A stretch of 64,000 nt of DNA from positions 123,876,001 to 123,940,000 of the forward strand of contig NC_042998.1 of NCBI RefSeq assembly GCF_006345805.1. Direction: 5' to 3'. Under the pieces are notes generated by a model. It saw only the letters and a program-made list of their open reading frames with translations. It was not told the DNA's origin and did not search any database. This document shows positions 50,535-63,317 of this stretch, piece after piece; the stretch's first letter is position 1; each line of letters starts with the position of its first letter. A program made the position numbers and the translations under genes. Origin of the DNA: Octopus sinensis (taxonomy: Eukaryota).

Positions 50535-51400
50535 TACGAGTGTACGAGATGGACTAGATCTTTAGCGACTAGTTAGGTAGCGCGCGAACAGATAGCAACA
50601 CAAGATTGTGCCCATGGTTAGAGCTAGCAATGATGTTCATGATTCAGCGTGCAGAACGACATCGCTGTGTTTACTCCACAAATTGTGAAATTTGTGTTTT
50701 TGTGATCATGTGTATGCTGTAGTATACAATTTTGTCATAGACAGAAACAAAGGGTCAACATGATATTTGGGTTTAAAGTTGGGGTGTAGGCTACAGAGAC
50801 ATCGACCATGCTTCAGCAAACTTACTGCAACAATGGAGTGGGTCGTACGCAGTGTTTCGAGTGGTACGGCCGCATCAAAAGCGGAAGAACGTCCCTGGAG
50901 GTCGATGAGCGATCTGGAATACCTACCACGAGCATCAATCCTGGAAATGCGGTATTGTGCATCGGGAATTCGTTCTATAGCGACTGTGTGAAGCGTTTGA
51001 GGGAGGACATTCGGGAAAAGAGACCGGATCTGTGGAGCACGAAGAATTGGAACACACCTTACTCATGAGTTTCTAGCCAAAAACAACATCGTATCGCTTC
51101 TGCACTCACACTATTCGCCAGATATAGAGCATCTGCGAAATTCTGCTTCGTTCCCAAAGTGAAAATGCAGCTCCAAGGCCGCCATTTTAACACCGTTTTC
51201 GAGATACAGGGCGAACCGCAGAGGAGCCTCGAATCGCTTACGGAAAACGACTTCCATACCGGTTTCAAAAAGTTACAGGAAAGCTGGGACCGGTGTAATA
51301 GTTGACTATTTTGAAGGCGATAATGTTAAAACGTAGGTAAATCCGTAATTTATTTTTATTAAACATAGCTAGTCCGTGAACCTTTTGATACCACCTCGTA
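50535..51400 (+). mobile_element. Internally deleted mariner
   Basis: HTH region LQQTYCNNGVGRTQCFEWYGRIKSGRTSLEVDERSG; RLREDIREKRPDLW; decayed HPPYSPD region; right TIR CTAGTCCGTGAACCTTTTGATACCACCTCG+TA; left TIR partly deleted. Confidence 0.85.
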
Positions 51401-51615
51401 AAGGTTGTAATTTGACTTCAGATTGTTTGTTCGTGAATCAGTAACAAAACCGATTTAAATACTGCAGATGGCATGTAGCTTAGGTGTCCAAACAATTGCT
51501 TGCCGGTTTTGAGTAACATTTCACGAAATCATGTGATAGTAAAAATAAACTTAAGCAAGTGGAATATAAAGTGTACCTCTATGTTTGGCTAGAAATCATA
51601 ACTGAGTCTGAAATA

Positions 51616-52891
51616 CGAGGGACGATCAATAAGTAATGCCCCTGACCCACTTGCAATTGTTTGATCTAGCTGGAATTTTGCATGTGCAATTATGTATATC
51701 TTTATAGATTAAGTGGCAAATTACAGCTCTGAACTAATTGTGGTTTCTGATTTACAGGTGTTTGAACTGAGTCAAGTGTGAAATGGAGCCTCTTGAGTGT
51801 CGAGCAGTGATCCGGTTTTTGTATTTGAAAGGACGCACACCACGGGAGACTTTTGATGAAATGAAAGTAACTTATGGTAATGATGCCCCATCATATGACC
51901 TTGTAAAACGCTGGCATCGTGAATTCAAACATGGTCGGAACTCTGTGGAAACAGCTCCCAGATCTGGTTGCCCCCTTTCTGCCATTGATGAGGCATCTGT
52001 CCGTCAAGTTGAGGCTGCCATTTTGGAAGATCGACGCATAACTATTCGCCAAATAGCCTATGAGGTCAAGATTAGTACCGGGTCTGTGGAAACTATCACT
52101 CATGACCATTTGTATATGCAAAAGGTGTCTGCCAGATGGATTCCCAGGTTGCTCACACCTTTCCAGAAGCAAGAACGCGTCGAGTGCTCGAGGATGAATT
52201 TGGAGATGTGCCAAGAAGATGAGTCAAAATTTTTCAAAAGACTGATTACACAGGATGAAACCTGGGTCCATCACTATGATCTAGAGACCAAAGCCCAGCC
52301 AATGCAGTGGAAGCACCGTGACTCACCTCCTCCAAAGAAGGCAAGAGTGCAGCCCTCCGCTGGTAAGGTCATGCTCACAGTCTTCTGGGACCAGGAGGGA
52401 ATAGTGATGACAGGTTTCCTGGCAAAGGGTACCACAATTACAGGAGCCTATTATGCTTCACTTTTGAGGAAATTAAGAGAAGCTTTCAAAATCAAGAGGC
52501 GGGGCAAGATCAGCAAATGCATCCTCCTCCTGCAGGACAACGCTCCGGTCCACAACTCGCGTGTTACCAGATCAGAAGCACAGGCGTGCAGCTATGAACT
52601 CCTCCCCCATCCCCCAACTCTCCTGACCTTGCACTATCTGATTTTCACCTCTTCCCAGCCATGAGGTTGTTTTTGAAAGGAAAGCGTTTCCCAGATGATA
52701 CAGCCTTGATTTCTGAAGTCACGTCGTGGAGGTCTTCTACAAAAACGGTCTCCAGAGCTGCATCAAACGATGGGAGAAATGCGTGTCTCTGGGTGGTTCC
52801 TATGTAGAATACGACTAATACCTGTGCCAAGTTTCGTTGCTCTACTGCTATGAGAAGTGGGTCAGGGGCATTACTTATTGAACGCCCCTCG
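51616..52891 (+). mobile_element. Full-length mariner (DD34D) with TIRs and TA target duplication
   Basis: 37-bp TIRs CGAGGG(A/G)CG(A/T)TCAATAAGTAATGCCCCTGACCCACTT (2 mismatches), TA on both sides. Confidence 0.95.
51783..52818 (+). pseudogene. Mariner transposase with C-terminal frameshift and small deletion
   Basis: WIPRLL, ITQDETW, LLQDNAPVH, HPP(fs)SPDLALSDFHLF; 34 residues between the second and third catalytic D. Confidence 0.92.
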
Positions 52892-53412
52892 TACATTTCA
52901 GAATTGAGTCGTCCGAGAAGCAAACCGCTTTTAATTAATCTCCTAACAAACGTTTTCATCCATATCTTAGTTGACGTGCGTAATAACTCAATAAAGTTTT
53001 AATGCATCTAAATATTTTGATACAGGTCTTCCCGAATTGAAGGTGTTGAATAATTATTAAAAGGATTGAATCAAGTGGGTATACTTTTTGCCAATACTGT
53101 GTCTTTGTAGAATGTTTAATCTGGTGAATTTCCATTCAATCTGTGAAGTAATGAAAGACGGTAATTATCCAGGCAACATGAATATCTTTCGAGTTCACGA
53201 CTGGACTTAGAATTTGATTCATAGTAACTAGTTTATAGAAGTATAGTGAATTAGCGTTTCAGTATGTTTTGCCTTGTAGTCGTGTTTATGACAAATAAAG
53301 TTATAGAAGCTTTGCCGTTCACCATCCTGAGGTCAAGAGAATAATTTCCAATCAAATAATATGGCATGTCTATCGATTTCCATACTCTGTGTGGCATTAT
53401 AGCAGTAAGGGG

Positions 53413-53437
53413 AGCAGCAACAGCAGCAGCGAGCAGC

Positions 53438-53515
<78 letters not shown>
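53413..53515. repeat. (AGC)n/(AGT)n trinucleotide microsatellite
   Basis: Seen directly. Confidence 0.95.
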
Positions 53516-53516
<1 letters not shown>

Positions 53517-55465
53517 CAGTTTTTAAATGAGTCTGAGCCTATTGTTGCGTTAATTCACTTCATTGCTTATTACGGATTATTACTAGATGCCGTAAGTCAA
53601 ATTCCATAGAATAAGAGGAAGCTATGCGCAAAAATTACGATAGGGCAGTAAGTTTGAATACTATTTTCAAATAATTTCAGCTTGTTGATATTAATAATTT
53701 CTTGGAGAATATCACGCACGTAGCAGTTTTCAATTTCTACCACCACTACAACTGCCACACACACTAAAATATATCTTGTATCTATTCCAAATATGATTAA
53801 ATTACCAAATGTGGGGGAAAAACGACACCTTGCGCTACATTCAGAAAAACACACGTATGCACATACTGCAAATGGAATAGGGAGAAATTTAGAGTAAGAT
53901 GTAGATAGATAAAAATCTATTAGAAAGGACAGAACAATCTTCTTTTTTATCCTGTATTTTTCTGTATTTTCCAAAATTTACCGAAACAAAATTCAATCGT
54001 TATCGCAAGGGTATTCAACATGAAGCTCTAATGTGCAATTTGAGAAACATTTTTCTTTCATTTTCAGCGTTACTACCAATAATTGTCTTTATCCGTCACT
54101 AATATTCGCCTAGATTTGTTTGATAAGAGAAATATGGATTTCCAGCAGGTGTATATATGAATAATAAGAAAAAAACATTTTATCGTCAAATGCAGAAATA
54201 AGATATCCATGTTTTATTCCTATTATCTACAAATAAAAATTCAAAGAATTGCATTGTACATGCAATAGTTTTCAATAGGAAGGCAGAAAAATAAAAATAA
54301 ACTGAAAATGTTCTGTTCATCATTAATAGTGTAAAATAGTCGCAAGATGCTTTCATTTGCAATATTCCATAATATTGTATACGTATGTTCAATCGTCTTG
54401 GCTTTTGTGTTTTAGTAGGGTTCTTTTTGTTAAATTATATTTTGCAATAATTTCTTCCTTTTTTTGTTTCTAAATCAGAAGTGTGTTTATTGATTTGTGT
54501 GCGTTTTGTAGCATTTCACTAAGGCTTGTCAACATATCAGTTTTACCCATTAATCTTATAAGGAAGTCTTGCCAAAGCAATGTTTTATCAAATTATTTAT
54601 TTCTTAATATTAGCGTTTGATAGCTTTATCCAGAAATCAAATTATAAAGCATACTTATTTTTGTAATTTTACTTCTTCTATTCCGCAATATTGCAAAAAA
54701 TTACTTTCAATAATGGTAGCATTTTTACTGGAACAAAAAATAAAAAAAAGAAACGTGCTGTGTCTTGATTATTGTTTTCACGTAAATGTAACATTTATGG
54801 GAAATGTTCCTTGAGAGTTTTATATACTTATAGAAAAAAGTATTAGTACTAATACAATATCAAAGTGAAGCTAAAATAAAATAGTTTACTACTGTTACAA
54901 AAATCAAATGGCAAAGTGTAATATAGTTGGTGCGTATCGTTTGGTAGGTCGTTAATGACTTGATTAGTTTCACTTACAATAAATGTGTTTTACAAACCTT
55001 TGTTTCGTGAATATATAAAATTCTAGGAAGTTAAAAAACCAAAACAAAAAATGTTTTAGTTGATTTTTAAAAGACAATAAGCAACTGGCATTTGTTAAAC
55101 CGACAGATTCGCAATACTATACAGTAAAGAGGAATAGACATTTTGATGTTAAGACTATTGGTATTATTGATGTTATCTATTGGCATGAAACAAACATGTT
55201 TATGTGATATAAGAGTAACAGAGAATGGTTATGTTAAGAAGAAAAGACGTGTGTTCAGATATTTCCGCATTCTTGCATTACTAATATTCCAATGCCTGAT
55301 ATACGTTAGATATTTACTCTGTATTTCTTTCAATATATATAACTAAAATCTCCAATATTTTATGCTGAATTGGTGATTCAAGATCCGCTGTTTCAAGACG
55401 CAAGAAAATTTTTATATATCTCAGAGACTTTGGAAAAATGAAATGCGTCTGGCATAATTTTTATG

Positions 55466-55550
55466 TTTTTAGACGGAAAACCCGTTCGTTATTGTCTGAA
55501 TAAAAGTTTTTAGACGGAAAACCCGTTCGTTATAAGTCTGAATAAAAGTT
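55466..55550. repeat. 41/42-bp tandem duplication
   Basis: TTTTTAGACGGAAAACCCGTTCGTTAT(T/AA)GTCTGAATAAAAG twice. Confidence 0.9.
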
Positions 55551-58536
55551 TTCTTCAATAGATTAACAAATTTAAAATGTTTTTCATAACATAACTGGCT
55601 AAAGGAAAAAAAATACTTGTAGAATATATAAACACATACACATGCTGTGTGTGTCAGCATTTGTAAGAATGTATTTGTGTGTGAGTCTTTGTATACGTAT
55701 TTGTGAGTGTGTCTTTCAAACAATGATAAACACAACTAAACAAATTTACAATGGCTCTCAAGACATGCCCCTTTCCTCTTCGGCCCACTCAGATATGTCC
55801 TGTGACGCAGATGACAAGGAGTCTCTAAAGGGCTGAAATTAGGAAAATAATGAAAAAAACTTAATACCAAAAATAAGTTAATATGCAAAACATGCAATTA
55901 AACGATATACTAGCATTCTCCCAATAATATCAATGCCAATACTATCAACAGCATCGCCATCACCGTCACCATAGATATTGCAAATACTAGAAACATATGT
56001 AGAACCTTTCACACGTATGCAAAAAGCCAGAATAGCTTCTGCATGACGGAAAAATATGTTAGAAATTCTTAACAACACGGCTATAGATTTAAGCGCAAAC
56101 AAATAATGTAGTGCGCACATTTACACACAAGCATTACTCACGAACATTTTCATCACGTCAGCAAACAACATACTAGTGTATATAAATTGCATCAAAACAA
56201 CAAAACAACACAAACAGAAATATAGTATTCTAGAGACCATTGTGTAAGGAGGTTGTAGCTTGTCACGATTCAGAGTGGTTAGCAATAGGGCCTATATTTG
56301 TACAGAGAATGATCGAAACCGTTAGGCGTCATAGGTAGAGATCCAGATATTGAAAACTGAAGGTGGAATTCGTGGTGTGGTAAACATAGAAACATCGGAT
56401 ATGCGGACAATCATCGACAACAGAAGTGGGTCTGCTCTGAAAAGATTGTTTAACTCGAAGACTGCTTTGTCAGCCACAGATCAGCCATGAGCTCTAAGAC
56501 ACGAAGAAGGAAAGCCGTTCGATGTGACCGGTTGGCAACATGGCAACATGGCAACATGACAGCAAACACACTATTTGATATATAGTGATTATGATGAGTG
56601 GATCCTTGTCGTTGCGAGGAGGATATGTGCAGCTTTAATTGCTGGCATTTCACTAAGTGATACAGACGAATGGTAGACAGCATCATATAGAGCTCGGTGC
56701 CTACCCCAGTTGTTTTAAAGAAGATATTGATAGCAGCCTTAGAGCTTTTGTAAAATGCCGAAGCAGTCACGTAACTAGATATAGTAATGACTAGCACGCG
56801 GGGTAAATCACCTAGTTCGGCGGGTGTGCGTATGATCTTTCGGTGATGTCTATCACATCTGGAATCAGAACAAGAGGATTCTCATTTCTGTGAGCCGGAG
56901 AGAAGTAGCACGGTTGAGAACGAACCCTGAAAAGGAGAAAGCACTGAAAATGTTTAAAATATAGCTCAGGTAATTGCTAAAATCAAGATTTTGTTCTTCA
57001 GTAACGTCGACTAACATTATATGCAACTATCTTCAAAGTAACGAGTCTCAGTGGTGCCTTCTGGGGCTGCAATCTACAAATGTTGTTCGGTGGATAGAAA
57101 AGACGGCCTCCTTTCAGTTTCCTGTCCTCGGCCTGTCAAGATTATTCCCTCCTGCTTTTTCTGTATGTACCAACTCTTGAACCACTATAGTCAAAACTAA
57201 TAACTTTATGGGATATCTTGCGCGAATAAGTTAAATATAATATATTATTGGGTTTAATCCTTGTTAGTGCACATTTAAAAAATTAAAAATTCAAATATTT
57301 ATAAACAGTTGGCTGTGATTTCAGGTTTGGCGGCTTATAAAAAGTTAGAATGTGCTAAGAAAATGAATATCTATTGAAAGCTCATAGTTTAGTATATAAA
57401 ATACCTAGAAGTAATTTCAATCGCACATTTACTCAGCCTCCTGATCATCAAACTAAAGAAAGCATAACATCTCAGTATATAAGGACTTTACAATTTCCAA
57501 TTTCTAAAAAACATTTTGGTGTGAAGGAATCGGTTTAGACATGACTTTACAAGTACATTTTTAATTTGGGTGCAACGCAGGAAGCACTTTTTATTTTTAC
57601 AGAAAAAGTACCGAATGCAAATCTGCCACAGCTGTGCGGTTAAGGAAAGGAGGAAACCTTTCCTCACTGCTAGTAGAGAACAGACAATGATTGTCAGCGT
57701 AGAACAGACAAAACTCAGTTCATTCTCCTCATATGTAACACTATAGTGATCGTGAGATGAAATGATTTCATAAATGTGGTTGCATGAACGTTATATGTAA
57801 GTGCGGTGTTTCAGAGCTTAAGTGTATTTCAAATGTTTTTGCCTCGGTAATGGATACGCTTGGGGATAAATCTAATTTTTGTAAAGTTTTGAGGATTGCT
57901 AAAGCTTCTTTGTTTACACTAGTGTCATGAGTAATTGATGAGTGAGAAAGTCAAGAAGTGTAAAATTTGAATCTACTTTCAATTTGCTTCCAATTCACAC
58001 AGAGAAAACAACTGACTTTATAAATGGGTATATACAGGGAATGTTTAATTCAATAATTTATGATTATGACAGCAATATGAAAACAATATATCACTGCATG
58101 CAGAATAACAATACTGTCCGAGTAAGAAACTAAAGATGCTCTTTAAGTTGCTGTCAGTCTTACATTGACAATGCCATAAGACTAAACATTGAATTGCAGT
58201 GACTCGTTGCACAAATGTTTCAGATGCGTTCAGTGTAGTACCCAAGCAATAGACTAAAAAGATTGCACCAAACACCGATCAAATTTTACACTTTAGTTCT
58301 AAACTACGACATGCATCCTACAATAAGGTAGTGATACGTTACTCTTCCAATGCCTTCTTCTTCCATTATCTGGGCGTGGTGTGAATTTGCTATTCCATCT
58401 ATCATCTTTTCTTCTAAATAAATAAATAAAGTAGCTATTTATAACTGTTATCTGGATTCGACAACAGTGGGCTCATGTGATGGCATTTAGGTTCAGTCGT
58501 CCAAATGTTACATTTGCAAGCCACATTTGATGGCTT

Positions 58537-59330
58537 CAAAACTTTCTAGCTTCCACTAAACTTTACATGTCTTCAGCGCTTTTTTTTTATTATATAGTTA
58601 TTATGGAATATACCTAGAACAACTTTTTTCAGATAATGTGAGCATAAACTGGCTTTGATAAACTTGTGTGCTTGAAGCCTGTTGGAAACATCGAGTTCTG
58701 TTAAAATGACTTCAAATTTAGACTATTTGACCGATGAAAAACTTTCAGGGTACTCAAACCTTATAAATACGTGACATTCTTGACGTATTTAATATCCAGA
58801 ATCCCTACCGAATTCACGCCTTGTTCTGCTCCCGATATTTCTCTTTGACCCATCAGAAGTAGATTCCATACACGTGTTTTTTCTTCTCCTTACAACTACA
58901 CATTGAATTACACGTCGACTTGTCGCCACTTGCACTTTAATTTTTAAGCAATTCTTTTGCAAGTAACTTTCCGTTATGCAGAGAAATAATTAGTGCATTA
59001 TTTTATTGGAATAATTGAAGAGTCTGATTTCCATTCTCTGCCGAAGCTATCAAAAGATCCCATACATGAATTATTCTATTTACACCAGGTTAACGCTTTT
59101 AAAATTGTTTATTCATCAACCAAAACAACTACTGTTTTGCGTATACTCACATTGTGAGCTATTATCCCTATATTTGGTGAAGCCGAACTATTATTTGGCC
59201 GTTGATTTTTCATTGATAGACACTTCTTTATTTGATAGTTTTGCTAACTAAGGTACAGTGTCAAAGAATCAGATTCTTTAACAAACAAGTTTCGTAGCGT
59301 CGCCAGATTAGTTCCCAAAATTAGTTGTAA
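58537..59330 (-). mobile_element. Old PLE 3' remnant with decayed hammerhead
   Basis: Weak GIY-YIG-like translation (CSCKEKKKHVYG; FEVIL); AAAGCG CUGAAGA CAU...GUG GAAG CUAG at 58537-58585. Confidence 0.4.
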
Positions 59331-59657
59331 ACTCGTCCACTTACGTCAATACAAGTAACTTCTAGGAACGAGATAGCAGGTCTAAAATTTAAAATGACAA
59401 AAACTGATATTAAAGTATGGTAGGTTAGTATGAACACAATGACACATGTTTTATGCATTTTGATGAGAATTATGTATATTCATACACACACTCAAACATA
59501 GACATACATGTATATGCGCAGACGCACACTCATACACGTATGCATAAAAAACAAGGAATGAAAATTATAGAGAAAGTGACAAATATAGTATCGATAGATG
59601 AAAGTGTAAATACCTATATGCAAGCCTGTATCCATTTATGTATGTATGTGCGTGTAT

Positions 59658-59747
<90 letters not shown>

Positions 59748-59919
59748 ACACATATGCACACCAATACATAGACATATATAAATTATAAACTACTTCTGTA
59801 TGTCTGTGTACATATATATCGTTGCTCTTTGTAGTATATGGTGAGGATGCATAACTATATATACTGCTGGACACATTAAGATATGCTGTATACATACTTT
59901 TAAGTTCCATATATATATA

Positions 59920-59984
<65 letters not shown>

Positions 59985-61011
59985 TGTATATATGTGGTAT
60001 GACAAAAAAACTACACAATAAGAGTTACTATATTTTTTCTTCCTTTGAATAACTTTAGTTTCCTTACATTTGTATCTTTAATGATGTTTGTAAAATATAA
60101 AAGAAACCTCAGTTTATTGTTATTTTATCCCTTAAAGTAAACAGTCTATTCTTTACAAAAACGTCAGTATCAAATGAATCGAATTCAACTAAGTATTGCC
60201 TTCATTTTGCATATTTGTTTACAATAATAGAGCTAAAAACTGTATTATAGTGTCTTTATTTAAACTCAACCGTCGATCAATATATATTCCAGTGACGTAT
60301 TTCTCATCATTCGCATATATTTCTCTTACTTCGATATGTACAGATCTGAAGAAACATTTTTTATGACTGACTGTTTTCATGTGCATAGTTGTATCGAAAA
60401 TATATTATGTGCAAGTATACACGAGCACATAAACTCAAAGGCGAATATATCTCCCTCTTCCTCTCTCTCGTCTTCTTTCTATGTGTCTATGACTATGTAT
60501 ATATCCATGCAAATGCATACACACTCACACATATAGCAATGAATGTATCTTGCATAATATATATACACTCTGCCAATTGGGCAGCAGTTACCGTATACAT
60601 AGATGGATAATTCAGTTAATTATTGCTTTCACTACATGTTCCAGACTTTTGAATAACCGGGTGTATATTCCAAATGTCAGTGAATGGTAAATATAATTAT
60701 ATCCATATCAGATACGAGGCTGGTTACCGACATGCCCCACTGAAACAAAAAACCAAAACGGTCATATATTTTTGACCGCCGCAAGAATGAAATTTCATTG
60801 GGCTATGATATTCATTTCGATTCTAACACAGCAAGCATTTAAGAGATGTTATCCTTGGGCAAATACTACGTTAACTGTAGCATCTTCAGATGAATATACA
60901 GATATGTGAAAAGCCATTGCCAAACAATATAGTATCCACACAATTAGGTGTTGAAACAATAAATACTATCAAACAACATGGTAGTTAGATACTTTGGATG
61001 CAAAATCATTA

Positions 61012-63317
61012 CACTGGTCAACAAAATTAAGAGTATTATATTCATTATGAATGTAACGCAACTTTTTAGACGAATTTTTCATTCTGATGTCAAACTTTCA
61101 CTCCATTTGTATGCAGATTTTGCAGTAGATACACGCAAATATTTACATATTTGTATATATGAAATCATTAACATAATGAATGAGGAAATGTTATTTTTAG
61201 AAGCTAAATGAGTTTATTGAGTTAAAAATTATCATTATCATTCTAGAAAGTGTGAATACACAAACATATGTCAGACAAAATAGACAAGGTTAGAACAACT
61301 GAGTTAGAAACATCTTGCGGTGTACCTGATCTGGTTGATCATGGTAAAGTATCCAACAGTAGTTAGCCAGCATACTGTCATTCCAGAAGCCTTGGTACTG
61401 ATTGTCTATAGCACTAAAGTCCTGGAGAAATCTTTTGCCATGTTCATCAGACATAGCTCCAAGATTGTCTACGGAGAAATCCAGATGGAAGTCCAAGAAT
61501 GAACTTTCAGTGACATTTGACAACATATTGCTGAGTAACGTTTCAGAAGATTCTTGACGCAATCCTTGTAATCGATTGCCTTCTTGTTGCCCCAGAAATT
61601 CTTACGGATTCAATTGAAAGCATTCCAGGCAGGCAGTTCCAGTTCATTCAATGTTGTCTTGAAGCTGACATCGCTTAACACTTCTCTAATTTGATGTCCG
61701 ACAAAGATACTCCCTTTCAACATCGCCTGTGTGATCTTGAGAAACTTTTCAACAATATACTCAAACACTGGCACTTCTTTTCGCTATTGTCTTTACAAAC
61801 TGTTTCATCAGTCCAAGCTTTATGTGCAAAGGAGGCAATAAAACATTACGTGGATCTATAAGATGTATATTCTTGACACTAGTGAGTCCTGGCTGGTATG
61901 ATGTTCTTGTCTGCCAGTTTAATTCCGAATAATGTCTGTCCCTTCTCCGACTATCCCATAAGCACAACAAACAACATTTTGGGAAATCTGACTGCATTCC
62001 CATTAACATTCCAATGACTTTTAAATATCCCTGTATTTTCTATGAATATCTTTCATAAGTAATGGCATGAAGTAAAAGTTCCATATTCATGAAGACGAAC
62101 GGGGTGTGCAATAGGGAATGGGGCACTTCAAATTACCATTATGGAGAAGTGCAACTTTTAAATTTCGTTTTGAAGAGTCAATAAACAAACGCCACACTGC
62201 AGGATCAGGATTTTGTGATACACATTCGAAAAGTGCATCGATGTTACTGAAAAATAGGAAAACACGTTTGAAGAACCACATTTCTCTGCCGAAAATAAGG
62301 TATACAAGCACCGTGCGCTAACAGATACTTCTCTTTTATTCTTCATGTTAACAGCTATGCTTTATCTTTTGAGAGGGATAGGTCTCTGACAAGTTCATTC
62401 ATTTCAGCTTGCAAAAATTTCTGAGGTGCAAAGCTATCGCCATCAGCCGCGTAATCTTCATCAGCAGCACTATCATGTAAGTAAACATCATCATCTGTTG
62501 TTCCAATGCCATCATCTGGTGGAACTGGATTTGACAGATTGCATTGTGAGGCACACGTCTCATTGCAGAATCCAAAATGGGATATACAATTTTATGTTTA
62601 TTCTTCATAGGAAATCCTGTGAAATTTACTTTTCAAAAACAACAGTCATTAAAATGTTCTTTCGGTTCCTTCCATGTCATTGGAATGGCAAAAGCCATGT
62701 AATTCTTATTATTATTGAACCAGTTACGTAAGCCACTTGAGCAAGCTGAGCAGATAAAACGTTGTGCCCATAACTTGTCCTGATCTCCACGACGACAAAA
62801 TTTGGCTTATAAATCTTTTGATCTCCGGTGTCATTGTACATTTTTTAGCTTTCGCAATAAATTGTCCACAGACATATCAAAACACATCAGCACGATTTTT
62901 ACACTGTCTTGACATTGTTGACACTGTAAAGCAAGTAAGGAAATAAATACAAGCGGTTATACTTATATTAAATTTGAGATGATGAAATATTTCATCAGAC
63001 CAATTATAACTTGACAGTTTGAGATGTTGAAATACCTATTTCATCAGACAAAACTTCATTCGTTAATTTAAGATGATGAAATATTGCATCTGAACTATGC
63101 AGCAATGAATAATGTAGTTTATTTTAAAGGTATGTTTCCATGATGTAAATTAAATACATGCATACACGTCATTAATTGGACACTCTATATAATGCATAAG
63201 CTATAACCCAAAAAACTTTGTCACCTTGAAAACTGTACGTGGTGTCAAAAACCTAATTGTATATTTGAAATTAGCATTAAAAACTACACTATGTCACCTT
63301 ATACTTGTTGACCAATG
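61012..63317 (-). mobile_element. Complete Chapaev3-like (CMC superfamily) DNA transposon with TTA TSD
   Basis: TIRs CACTGGTCAACAAAATTAAG and CATTGGTCAACAAGTATAAG (16/20); TTA at 61009-61011 and 63318-63320. Confidence 0.85.
61290..62915 (-). pseudogene. Chapaev3-type transposase, multiply disrupted
   Basis: MSRQCKNRADVF*YVCG; GDQDKLW; AFAIPMTWKEPKEHFNDCCF; CCLLCLWDSR; LLPPLHIKLGLMKQFVK; NLGAMSDEHGKRFLQDF...YQGFWNDSMLANYCW. Family assignment from recalled motifs. Confidence 0.8.

Noticed and set aside
56280-57200. GC-richer stretch with ORFs 56450-56797 and 56974-57180
   Set aside because: No motif recognised in any frame; probably decayed TE. BLASTx would be needed.
7460-60005. Many ORF-track entries rich in YI, CV, HT or MYVC repeats (e.g. 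7460-7765, 31195-31740, 42874-43175)
   Set aside because: They are translations of (TA)n, (TG)n and (TATG)n microsatellites, not proteins.
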